DNA of 64,000 bases from Lama guanicoe (lineage: Eukaryota), in the NCBI GenBank assembly GCA_013239625.1, contig MU053934.1, positions 5,040,399 to 5,104,398 on the forward strand. Reading direction: 5' to 3'. The notes beneath the pieces are model-generated. The model ran no database searches. It saw only the letters and a list, made by a program, of their open reading frames with translations, and was not told the origin of the DNA. The first letter of the stretch is position 1; each line of letters opens with the position of its first letter. A program made the translations under genes and the position numbers. Of the stretch, positions 25,820 through 39,610 are shown one piece after another.

Positions 25820-25965
25820 CCATATATAGATATGTACATATTCACATACATGCACATGTACACACATACACACAGACACATACATACAGGTGCATATATA
25901 CACACAAATACACACTCTATACACACACAAAAATGCACATATATATATATACATACACACTTACA
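25820..25965. repeat. Degenerate (CA/TA)n low-complexity tract
   Basis: Direct reading. Confidence 0.85.
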
Positions 25966-27445
25966 CCATGATCCAAACTAATTTGTTGTTTAACTTGTAT
26001 TTGCCCTGAGCATTACATTCACTCACTCAGTCATTCATTCATTCATCCATTCAACTTCCCCTCAGTGCCAGGTCCATATTAGACCTGGGATGCAAAAGTG
26101 AAAAGCACAATTTTCCTGCTTTTCCTAGAAGTTGTTACTACCTAGAATGGCAGCTTTCTGAGTGCTTTTATTTAATTTTGACTCATTTAAATTTAAATAG
26201 CAGCAACCATATTGGACAGTGCAGTTCTATTGTAAAGCCCATCTGGCCCTCAGGTCCCACAAACTTGGTGGCAAATGGATGTGGCTTTGAATTCTTAGCT
26301 GTGTGACTCTGCTTGGGTTACTAAAACTCTCTGAGCCTCAGCTTTATTAGTTATATCATCATCCATCAGGTTGTAATACACAATGTAAACATGGAATGAG
26401 CAAATGTATGCCTGATGCCTGGGGAATGCTTAGAAAATATGTTGAATCTGAATTTTTCTCTCTAGAAATTAAATAATTATTTGTAGACAGTGATCCCTAA
26501 CCTGCTGTTAACCTGAAATCGCTATTTTTAAAGACTTGAATGTATTCAGTTGACCTAAATAATATGGAATTTCTGCCTCCTTCACAGCTTCAAGGACAGC
26601 AGGGGAGACAGTTTTGGAAATCCTTTTGTTTTCTGAGCTCCTTTCGAGCCGTGAGTGGGTCTGTGGGTTTTTTTTCAAATCCTCTTTAACAAAGTGTTCC
26701 ATGTACGCTGCTAATAAAATCAGTATATTCACTGATAACAATACTCAGAATTCAGTTTAGTTTTTTTAAATATTTAGCGCGTGCACTCTGGCTAGATAAT
26801 ATGGGGAAAAAAGGCAAACCCGTTCAGTAGTTTCTACCCTTGGAAACTTAATCTAACAGTGGATGCAACATATTTGCTAGTAATCGTGCTGCCCTCTGAC
26901 TCTGGGCGTGAAGCCCTTGGGATGCTGCTGTCTGGTCAGGCGAATTGCCTCTGCCCGGGCAGTGAGAGACGAGGGATGTGAAAGCCTGGTTTGGGACCTA
27001 AGGTTGCCTTGGTCCCACTACTTCATGGTCAGGAGTCTTCTGATACTAAACCAGCAGAAACACCCTGAGCATGGGACACTGAAGACCAGAGGGCAGAACC
27101 CAAGCTAATCTGCCACAGCCATCTCTCCAGTGACCACCACTTGCTCTAGGTCACAGCATCCAAGACACGCAGTGAGCTGACTCTGACGAGGCGCTGCAGC
27201 AGCCGGGCCCCGGGGGAAGGGCCAGGGGAAGAGTCTCCAGGGTGAGGGAAAGCATGAACCCCTGGGCTTCTTGCTGGGCAGGACTTCGGCTGAACTCTGC
27301 CTTCTGTTCCCTTCCCTTCTCAATCCTGCCCCCAACCCCACCTGCCCTTTCATCTGCACCTCCCAGAAGGATGCCAAAATCCTACTTCATCTTTAAAGAC
27401 GATCGAAAATGTCCACCGTGTAATGTATCCTTCTGTACATAGTCA

Positions 27446-27509
27446 GTCTCTCTCTCCCTCCCTCTCTCTCTCTCTCACACACACACAAATACACACACAC
27501 ACACACACA
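27446..27509. repeat. Compound (CT)n(CA)n microsatellite
   Basis: Direct reading. Confidence 0.9.
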
Positions 27510-27699
27510 GAGTCAACTGTGTAACTGAATGGCTGAAAGGACTCAAGTTCAACCAGGTTGCTTTTTGCAGGTTATTATTTTTATGTTCTTAATCTATCCC
27601 AGGGAAGAGAGAAAATCTTACCCAGTTTTAAGAAGGAATTGCTGGTCAGTTTAAAGTAAACTGATGATGGAAAAGGGGAAAAGTGGTCCAGTGTGTAGG

Positions 27700-28700
27700 G
27701 TGGAATGCCTAAGAATACCATGGGAACCTACCACCGCTGGGGAGACAGGCCACTTCACACAGAGCTCGAGTGCTAGACAGGGGCTGGGTGTTAAGTGAGG
27801 ATGCCTGACCCAGACCCGCAGGGCCAGGAAAGATGCCGGGGGGTGGGGGGGGAGGTGACCAAGCTGAAGACAAAGAAGTCAGAAGAGCAACTCATGGACT
27901 GAACAGAAAAGCTTTCCAGCCGCAGGAACTCCCTGAGCAGAGCCATGAGAGATTCAGGAAGAGGGAGAGGAGTCGGAAGAAACCCGACAGATTTGGATCA
28001 TAAGTGGCCACAAGGGGCTTATGATCCAAGCAAAAGCACCTTGCTTATGGGGAACCTTGTAAGAGTTTTATGCAGGGAAATGACACCATACATTTGCACT
28101 TCAGAAAGGACTTGAGGGGACAAGATTGAGCTGGGAGGGAGTTAGGGGGCTCTTGTAACAATGCAGGGCGGGGGGGGGGACGGAGGGGCATTAGCAGCAG
28201 GGATGGAGCCAGGAGGGCTGATAGGAGACATCACAGAAGAAGCCTCGTCTGGCCTAGTGGCCATGAGGGGGTAAATTCCAAGTGCATCCATGTTCCCCAC
28301 ACGGGCAGCCAGGCAGACGGTGGCGTCACTCTGGAGGAGGGAGACCCAGAAGGAACAGTAGTGTGAGCAGGTAGAGAAGACACAGACGAGGGGTTCCTTT
28401 GAGACACGTTGCCTTGGAAGGTGCCTATGGGACGTCTGAGCAGAGATGACCAGCAGGCAGTCTGATCAACTGGTATGGAGCAGAGGAGAAAGTTCTGGAG
28501 TTGAGAGAGGAGTGTGAGAGTCATTTGAGCCATAGGGAGGTGGGAGTGCTCACAGAGCACGTGAGGGCTAAAGGCCAAGCCCCGAGGGACACCAGTGTTG
28601 AAGGGATGGACCAAGGAGGCTGGGAAGTAGCGGCAGGGAGGTGCAGAGAAGCCGGGCACCTGGGGTGTTGGGAAGCGGGGGCAGCTGCAGCATGGTTGGG
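27700..28700 (-). mobile_element. L2 LINE fragment, antisense
   Basis: Purine-rich decayed L2 (atttgcacttcagaaagga, ggaaggtgcctatgggacgtc); boundaries approximate. Confidence 0.55.
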
Positions 28701-29799
28701 AGAAGAGCCTATGTGCTCCCAAGGTTGCGGATACAACCAACTCCTGGAAGTCTGGAAGGTCGGGGAGGACAGGCACTTGCCTAGCTCCTAATTGGTGCTC
28801 AATAAATCACTCTGAACGAGCGGATGGAATCCTGAGATTTGCCCTGAACTTTCGGGGAAAGGCCTCGGTGTGTTCATTTCTCCAGGCCAGTAGAGCCGGT
28901 CACAGGTGAAACTGTGCAGTCCCAGGGGCTACACCCTTCCTCCCCACGGCACCAGCTATATCACCACCACCTCTTTCTTTCTGATCCTCTCCGGGAACAG
29001 ACAGCAAGCACGAATTTCACAGAGGCGTGAGAAAGCCCCCGAAGTTTTACAACAGGTGCTCATGACACAAATTGCCACGGAGGAAAAAAAAAAAGTCAGC
29101 CTTAGGAAGCTTATCTCAGAATATATCATGAGGTGGGCTATTCTGGGACTTGAATTACACAGGAGGGCCTGGGAAAATAGACGCAAGCATGGATGAAGCC
29201 AGCCACAATTAACGTTAACTGTGAGGTGTCAGATTTTGGTGGCACACACGCCGGCAGTGTGCACTGGGCGAGGGGGAGTGAATGAGAACCAAGTATCCAG
29301 GTGGGAGGGGGAGGCTCTGCCAGAGGAGGAGGCCGGAGGGGAATTGGTGGAGGAGGTGCAATTTCTCTGGAAGACGCAGTCACCTTGGGCAAGGTGGCTT
29401 CCAAAATTGGAAATGTAACCATGATGAACCCCACCTAGGTCAGGGGAACACCAGACCCAGGACTGGAGGGATCGGTAGAGGACCGGGGCTTTCCTAGGGT
29501 GTGTCACACCTGGGGTGTCCACAGACACAAGGTTGATTGGGCCTATGCCTAAAAGAAATCAGTTTCCTGCCTGGTAAGGTGTTTAAAAAAAAAATCTCAT
29601 TAATACTGCACAGAGTGTTTAGCTGTGTGTAGGGTGGAAGGCCTGGGGGTCAGGCCTGATGGATGTGTGTCCCAGCATTTCCATTTGCTGGCTGATAACC
29701 TTGGGCAGGCCATCTTGCCTCCCACAGCCTCAGTTTACTCATCTGCAACACCTCACAGTAATCCCTTTCACAATCTACTTTAAAAGACTTGTGGAACCA

Positions 29800-29923
29800 G
29801 GGGGAGTGGGCATAGCTCAAGCGGTAGAGTGCATGCTAAGTTCAGGGTTCAATCCCCAGTACCTCCTCCAAGAATAAAATAAATAAACCCAATTACCTCC
29901 CCCCACTAAAATAGATACTTTTT
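29800..29923 (+). mobile_element. tRNA-derived SINE, Vic-1 type with a short internal deletion
   Basis: TAGCTCAAGCGGTAGAG...GGTTCAATCCCCAGTACCTCC, A-rich tail, degenerate TSD tttaaaag..ct..gg..acc. Confidence 0.8.
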
Positions 29924-30619
29924 TTAAAAGCTGGGGGGACCAAATTAGACGACTACATATTACAGCCTCCACAGCCCATAACCTCTCAGCCATTGTGTCA
30001 CTTGTCACCCTGCCTTGTAAAGACGGCTGTGGGTATCTGACTCCTTGCTAAACCACGGGAGCCCCCAGGGCAGCTAGCTGTCATGTCTGATTCCTCTTTT
30101 TTATTCCCGGTGGCAAGCATGTCATCTAGCACACATTAACTTCTCAAAAATGTGGCTGAATAAACAAGTCGTTGGAAGGTAAAGGGAAATACCACAAAAA
30201 GACCATTGTGTGTTTCACAGCAGTTCAATATAGGAAAGCCCTCTTCTAACAGGAACTGTTGCTAAAAGATTCTACTCTGATTCTAACCTTCTATCCAGTC
30301 CCAACCTGTGTCATGTAACAGTTGTGTTCCTTGAGAGCAGAAACCACATCTCGGTCACTCCACTTCCATGTAAGCTCCACGTGGGCAAGGACTTGGTTTT
30401 GCTCAGAGCTGCACCGCCAGCACCTGGAACATAGCCTTATTAAGGCTCAATAAGGATTTGGTAATAAATGAATGAGTGGTTTCTGACCCCCAGCACCATG
30501 CTTGGCATTCAGCCAAAGTTTGTTGAATGAATAAATCATTAACAAGAGGAACGGTGCCTCTTTCTAATGTAGCTTTCTAGCATTCTCAGCTGAGACAGTA
30601 AAGCAAGGTAGGTAGGTAG

Positions 30620-30760
30620 GCAAGCCCTGGAGTCAGATGGTCTGGGTTTGAATCTCAGCTCTTCTGCTTAACCAGCTGGGTGACCCAGAGTGAGCTACTG
30701 AACCTCTCTGTGCTTCAGTTTTCTCAGCTGTAAAATGAGGATAATAATAATAATTTTTCT
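30620..30760 (+). mobile_element. MIR SINE
   Basis: ctgggtttgaatctcagct...aacctctctgtgcttcagttttctcagctgtaaaatgaggataataat. Confidence 0.75.
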
Positions 30761-31079
30761 AACAGAATTATATGCATTTATTTGGGGACCCTCTCTTTCC
30801 AGTCCCATCTTCTCACACTTGAACACCAACTACCCTCTACTGGCTGCTACGCTGTGCCGGACACTTCACTAAGTGGTGTCTCTCCATTAAATTGTTTCCC
30901 TTTCCACACAGCCGTATTAGGTAGGACTTACTATTGCCCATATGTCACTGATGGGGTGACCAAGGCTCAGAAAGGAGAAGCAACCTCCCCAGGGACACAC
31001 AGCTTATATCAGGAAAACGGAGTTCTGTTCCAGGACTCTCTGACATGAAAGTTCACGCTCTTATTCACTGACTTCCGAA

Positions 31080-31248
31080 ATCCTTGCTATGCCAAGTGTG
31101 GTCTATGGACCACACTACCAGCAATACCTGAGAGCTTGCTAGAAATGCAGAATCTCGGGCCTCACCTCAGACCTACTGAATCAGAATCTTCATTGTAGCA
31201 AGATCCCCCCAGGTGATTACTGTGCGCAGTAAAGTTTTAAAAGCACTG
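31080..31248 (+). mobile_element. MER5A-like hAT element
   Basis: tagaaatgcagaatctcgggcctcacctcagacctactgaatcagaatct core. Confidence 0.78.
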
Positions 31249-32799
31249 CGGTAAACTATCTACCAGTCAGACACAAGTGCCAATTAAGTCAAATATGTTC
31301 AATATCCTTCCAACATTCTGGGAGGTCATAGGAGGTAAGCATTTATCCCATTTTGCAGATGAGGACACTTAGCTCTGAGGGTTAATTATCTTGAACGGAA
31401 CCTGCATATGCCTTAGGCCAGCATGATTCTCTGACCATAACCAATCTCAACTCCCTTGGCTTGAAATGTCTTCACTCCTCTTCCTCTTAACTTCTCATCT
31501 TTTTAGTCTCCACTCAAAATCCCTTCTTGCTGGCTGAAGGCATTTTTATTTACATTCCATTGGGCAGATTAATTTCTTCTGCCTTCAAAGTCCCCATAGC
31601 TCCCTGTACATACCTTTCTTTTGGCCCTAATTAATTCTTTTTAAAAGGAATCTGTACTGAGCACATACTGCGGGCCAGGCACCTAGTAGGTATTGAGTAA
31701 ATATTTGCTCCCAATGCATTGCTGATTGAGTTTATTTAAAAGCACTTTTATCGCACCTGTGTTATCTTCCTGTGTATTTTTGTTGTTGTTGTTCCTCCCA
31801 CTGCTCTGAGATCCTCTGTAACCTCAGGGTACAGAGTTTAACATCTTATGGGGGCTCAAGTCATTAGAAAACAAACTAAATACTCTCCCATCTAAAGATG
31901 AAATTTGTCTGTACTTACGAGTGCAGTGTTACTAGGAGTGAGGTCTTTCAGTTCCCAGGAGTAGCAGAGGACACAGGTGCGATGATGGACACCTCTCTCG
32001 CTAGACACAGGATGCCAGAATTGACTACTGTCACAAAATTTTCAGATGTTTAAAATCTAACCCTCATTCTTCCATGCCATCAAAGGCAGATCCAGAAATA
32101 TTAGGCAACCTCTTCAAAGTCTCCAGGGTTAAAACCATGTCCCCAATAACCTTCTGCCATTTCACAAGAGAAGTAGAAAGGGCAAAGATGGCCATGATGT
32201 AGGGTAAAGATCTCCAAGACACAGAAACCCTAATAGTCCCCACGTGCTTCCTTTCCTTTACAGGGAGACCTGGGCAAACCACATGTTTCTAGGCCTCAAT
32301 TTTCTCATCTGTAAAATGAGGGGGTAGAACTAGTTTCTAAAGCTCCTTCCAGCTCTAAGGTGCTGTGCTATAAAATGAGAGACATGTGAACCTTTGGTTG
32401 CTATGATCTGAAAATATTTTGAATGTGGAGAATCAAATTGTACAGCAGTGCATGAACAAAATAATATGTTAATGACTAGGAAGATTGTACTTAATCCAAT
32501 GGGAAACGGCAGAGCTGCTGCTGCTGGTGGCGATATGTGTGCGTGTGTCTTCATTTCCTGAACTCAAACATATATTTTAAATCACTAATATAGTAATCAG
32601 GCCTCTGGCAGCGTATCTCGCCCAAACACCCCCCTCCCCCCCACACACACACACTGCTGCAAGTTAAAATGGGGGGAAATTCCACCGCTGCTGCTTACAT
32701 CCTTGCTGTATTTGGGTGGCTTTTTTTTTTTTCTTAAGAAATTTTATCGTGGTTAAAGTGTTCGATTGACAGTCCCAGAGGCCTCAGATCTCAGAACTG

Positions 32800-34232
<1,433 letters not shown>

Positions 34233-34604
34233 TGATCTTCAGTCAGCCCCAGGAAGTGCGGTGTGACACCTCACCCCTACCCCAGCCATGCTGCTCTTAG
34301 GAAGCCCCCCAGAGTCACCACTGGCGCGAGGCCCCCAGCATTCACACCCACTCTGGGCCCAGTGCTAGAGCTCAAGCAGCCTGGAATGAATGAAGGAATG
34401 TATTTTGAGCACCAACTATGGGCCTGGCTCTGTGCAGGCACTTTGACAAGGCTGGTCCCTGACTCAGCAGGTCAGGAAAAAGCTCCTACCTCTCAAGTCT
34501 ACTCTGCCAGGGACTGAAAGGAGGGGATGTTTCCAGAGTGGCTGGTTAGAAAACTGGTGGGGCCGGTAGTTTGTAGGGGAGGAAGAAGATTTTAATCTTC
34601 TGGG

Positions 34605-34798
34605 TAGGGCTTCCAGATAAAGTATAGGATGCCCTGTTAAATTTGAATTTCAGATAAACAACGACAAATACTTTAGTATTAAGCAATATAACTCAAATAC
34701 TGCATGGGACATACTGATGCTAAAAAGTTATTGTTTATTTGAAATTCAGATTTAATGGGGGCATTCTGTATTTTTATTTGCTAAGTCTGACTCCCCTA
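34605..34798. mobile_element. MER53 palindromic MITE (hAT)
   Basis: TAGGG...CCCTA termini; arms ttaaatttgaatttcagataaacaa / ttgtttatttgaaattcagatttaa are inverted repeats. Confidence 0.85.
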
Positions 34799-37700
34799 TA
34801 CGGAGATTTGTTAAGGAACATCGGCAGCCTTTGGTGCAGGCATGGTGCAGGTGGTTGGTGAGACTGATTGCCAGAAGGAAGGGTTAACTTCCCTGTCCAT
34901 GTTTCCACTCTCCCTCTCTAAGGAATCCCAGCTTGTCTGCCTGAGCTTTCTTTGTATATTGCCTTCTGCAAAAGAGAAAGGCACGTTTGAGCAGAGGAGG
35001 AGGAAGGACGTGGGTGACAATACCATGCAGCAGGCTGCAGCTGGGGTCAGGGGTCAAGCCTCATGACGTAATACTAACAAGCCTTGATTTAGTACTACTT
35101 AATATGTGCCAGCCCCTATGCTAATGATTTACCTGCCTTTTTTTTTTTTTCCCCCCCGCTTTTCACAACAACTGAGATGAGTCCTTTCCTTATTTGGGGA
35201 TTAAGAACAGTTAAGTTACTTGCTGAGCCAGGATTCAAATACCTGAGTCCTTCCTCTTCACCGTTGTGCTATCTGATGGTGCAGCAGATTGAACCAAGGA
35301 GCTTGGGTGGAACTAGCCGGGTCGCAAGCTGGGGTGCAGGCTGTGCACTCCTGTTACAAGAAGGGAGAGATGGGGCCCCACCCCCTGGGGCTTCTGGTCC
35401 CATGCAGGATGTCAGGAGTCTCCCATGGAGTGCAGTGTTCTTCACTGTTTAAATATTTAACAACAGAAACTTTAACATTTGTGAACCGATCCAATACATA
35501 CATATTAAACCAGTGACTATTTCCTGAATGCCTCCCGTGTACCAGGCACTAGTCATAGGAGGATAAAAGCTGTGGTCTTTGTCCTCCAAGAGTTAACTCA
35601 AATGTTGGGGGGTGTGCTGGAAGGATAACAGCTTTTGAGGCTGGATGTGCCTAATCTGGGAGGGCTTCCCAGGGGAGGTAAATTGCAGAGTTGAAAAGGG
35701 AGAGTGAAGGAAACTAGAATGGGCAGTTTCTCCATGAGAGACTCAGGAGAGAGAGAGATTTTTGCTTCAAAACAGCAAGCAGCTCTGATTGCCAGGAGGA
35801 AAGAGCTGTTGTAGTGGCAGCTGAGTACGGGGTGGGACCTGGTGAGGGGGTCCTAAAACAGTTCCCCAGGAAGAAGCAGCTTCTGGCCCTGTCTGTGCCC
35901 AAAACCCCCAGGCCCTCTGGACCCCGAGCCTTAATCACCGCCACTCACATTTGTGTGGCACCTTCCTCCCAAAGATCCTGTGAAGTCGGCAGGACAAGAA
36001 GTTGACCCTGTTTCACAGGTAGGGAAACTGAGGCACAAAGAAGGAAAGGGGCTTGCCCAGAGGTCACGTGATTGGTTATAGCCAGACCCAGAAACCTAGC
36101 TTCTCTTCTAAAGGCTACACAGTCTGACCACTGCCTCCCCCCACCCTCCCCCCGCTTGTCCAGCTGGCTGTGACTATTACTCCAGATCCTTCCCCTTCCC
36201 TTTTCACCCTGAGGGAGAGCGTTTCCGTTGTCTCCAGGGAGTGTCTGGCTGCTATGAGACAGACCGCTCTGGTTTATGTGCAGAAACGCCCTCCTGTCCT
36301 GGCTGCGCTGGGGAGCCAGCGTTCCAACATTCGGCCCTGTTTACTTCTGGAGTGGGGATTTTCCTGCTGTTTCATCTGCTTTAGGTGATCTGCTTATTTA
36401 AGTGTCACTGAATGATACTCTTTGCTTAAACTACAGGCAGAAAGGGTGCCTTCAGGGACCCAGAATTGAGGCTGTGACCTGTCCCACACCGGCCAAAAGG
36501 ATGAGGGGAGGTTACTGTTGCTTGAGCTGCTGTGATTCATGTAACTGCCCAGGGGATGGGGGGCTTCGCGGGGTGTGGACTTCGGAGCGAAACTGTCTGT
36601 GTGTGGACTGGGAAATAGTTGGTTCTTATTTACAAGGGCAGAATGAGAGGCTCAAACAACTGCAACTTGGAAGGATCATGCATCTGGTCATTGGACAAAT
36701 ATTTTGAGGTTTACTGCGTGCTAAGCACTTCAGTAGAACACAGACACGTAACACACACCTCTGCTCTTAAATAGCCTAATCTCCTACTGAACCATCATAA
36801 CACAGGATGACGAGTGCTTGACAGAGGGCGTGACAGGAGGGGAACTAACGCAACCCCTGAGCTGGGCTAGGAGAGGACCTTTGATGCGAGGGCCTGCTGC
36901 AGACATGTCTGAACGCAGCAGGAAGGGCGAGGTTGCACCAAGCATCCACCTATCTCTGCACCTGGGCTCCCTCCTGACCGGCAGCATTCAGTTTTGAGGC
37001 TGCTTGGTGGGTTTAGAGTGTTGTGTGGGCTTCAGGAACAGAGGAAAAGTTACTGGCCACCTACCTCAAAGACTGACCCTTGGCCCTGCACTCCTGGGCC
37101 CCACACTCACAGGCACCAGCTCCCAGCTCTTCATTGCTTCCCACCCCCCACCATTTCCTTTGAGCCTCAATAACCATGTAAGGCAGAGTATTATCTTCTT
37201 TTCACAGGGGAGGCCTCTGAGGTCCAAGAGGGTGAATGACTTGTCTTCAGATCAAGGAGATTAAACAGCTTCCCTGGGTCCCTGGTCAGAACTACCAATG
37301 ACCCCGTGTAGATTATAAACCAACCCATGGAGGGTGGCTGCTGGACCAGGCAGCTTTGAGGACGCAGGAGCAGCTCCTCTTTATTCCCCTTGCAGCGGGA
37401 AGAGCAAGCCCACCGGGCTGACGGCATCGGGGGAGGGTAGCAGGCCTGGCCCTACCCCACCTCTGCCTGTCCATCGTTGGTCCCTTTCCTTCAGGGCCTG
37501 GCTCAGATGCCACCTCTTCCTTAGCACTTTATCAAATTTTCAATCCAAAAGTGATTGATGTGGCTCCTTGTTTTTGGCACCTGTGGGCCCGGCACACAGC
37601 TCAGTTTTGGAGAGCCCGTTTTGTCCTCAGGGACTAGCAGCTTTGGAAGAGCTGAGACTCCCTCTTTTACCTCTCCATCGTCTTTGTAGGGCCCCAGTGG

Positions 37701-39257
37701 TCACAGGTGATCAATGACTTGTTTAAACAATTGGAAACTGTCTCCTCTTGGCCACCCACCCCTCTCCATCGGCCTAGGGGAGCAAGTGTCTGGAGAAGTC
37801 CCTAGCTGAACTGCACATTACTCCTTTAATCCCCAATGGAACAAGCTGTCTGGCAGCAGAAACAAGAAGGCTCTAAGTTGGGAGTTGTGGGGGATGGGCA
37901 AAGGGCTTTGGGGAAAGACTCCAGAGCAGGAGGCATGGTTGGCCAGGTTAGCAGCCTTAGTTAGAGGTTGAGGCACCCGATGAGGGTGAACAGCTGGGTA
38001 CATGTGATCAGGGAGTGTGACCCTGGAACCAGTGAAGTCTTGGAGATGCTGGCTCACTTCACAGCTTGGTGCTCAGCTTGGCAGGTGGCAGCCTTTGCCA
38101 CTGAGTAGAGCTCACTGTCTTCCCTGTTAGCCTCAAATACATCCAGAAAACAGTACCCAGTACCTCCTTTGTACCAGGCACCATGCTGGGCACTGAGATA
38201 TGGACATGAAGCAGATACAAAAAAAAGAGAGAGTAAGAGAGAGAGAAGAAACAAAAGACAGTTTACATAGCATGATTTTTTTTTTAATGTTACTGGTTTG
38301 TGAAATCTGAGTCTGGTGATACGTTCACTAGTCACCTCGCTGCCTTGTCTGAGAGCTGGTCCCAACTCTCGCCTTGCTCCTAACACCTTTCCCCGTTCTC
38401 CCTTCCTGTGTCAGAGGCTTTATCTAGAGCTTTGGAGCTGCCTTCTAAAAGCCTGGCTCCGATGTGCAGAGGAAGAGGAGGCCTCTCAGGGCAGCCAGTG
38501 ACCTGTGGGTCTGACACACTGTCCTCCGTCTAACCCTTCTTCCCTCAACAAGGGACCATTCCTCACGGGCTTTATTCCCAAGGTACAGGGCAGTTCCAGA
38601 GTCCTTGTCCCCTTGGGGCTGGCAGATAATGATGCAGCCGCTGTTCCAGGAACTGAGCACTTCCCAACCCTTCCAGGATCTTGCCTGGGCCCATCCCGGC
38701 ACCCCTGCCAAGCCCTGGATGCTTTGCTTTTTGGGTTCTGAGTCTCTCTCCTTTATGCTCAGTCACTGATCAGCAGCTGGGATTTCTGAGCAATGGAGAC
38801 CCACCTTCATGCCAAGGACAGGGAACGGGCTCTAGAGTTGAGGGTCTTGGTTTCTCTCCTGATCTGGCCACTTACTGGTTGTGTTCCCTTGAGTAAATCC
38901 CTTCCTTTTCTGGGACTCCCAACCTGCAGAATTGGAAGATGAGACCTAGATTTCCCGATGGTTTTGAAAAACAAGGAAGAAACTGTGTGTGAAAGCTAAG
39001 GATACTGAGAAAGTATTGTACGAATATCAACTGTCCTGGAAAAGAACTGCTGGCTTCCCTGTCTTCTCTCGGGGCAGGGAGGGAGGGTGTGGCTGAATTT
39101 CTCCCAGGACACGGGGGTGCTGCACCAGGAGAGCAGAGCTAGGACGGTTAGGGTTGCTTCTCATCGTTCAGGTTGGAGGCCCGTGCAGGTGTGTTTCCTG
39201 TTTCCTCCTTTGAGTCAGAGAGAAGCAGCGCCAACTGCCCTCCCCTCCCTCCCACCC

Positions 39258-39610
39258 NNNNNNNNNNNNNNNNNNNNNNNNNNNNNNNNNNNNNNNNNNN
39301 NNNNNNNNNNNNNNNNNNNNNNNNNNNNNNNNNNNNNNNNNNNNNNNNNNNNNNNNNNNNNNNNNNNNNNNNNNNNNNNNNNNNNNNNNNNNNNNNNNNN
39401 NNNNNNNNNNNNNNNNNNNNNNNNNNNNNNNNNNNNNNNNNNNNNNNNNNNNNNNNNNNNNNNNNNNNNNNNNNNNNNNNNNNNNNNNNNNNNNNNNNNN
39501 NNNNNNNNNNNNNNNNNNNNNNNNNNNNNNNNNNNNNNNNNNNNNNNNNNNNNNNNNNNNNNNNNNNNNNNNNNNNNNNNNNNNNNNNNNNNNNNNNNNN
39601 NNNNNNNNNN
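39258..39610. other. Assembly gap (353 N) in FAM83F intron 1
   Basis: Run of N. Confidence 0.99.
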
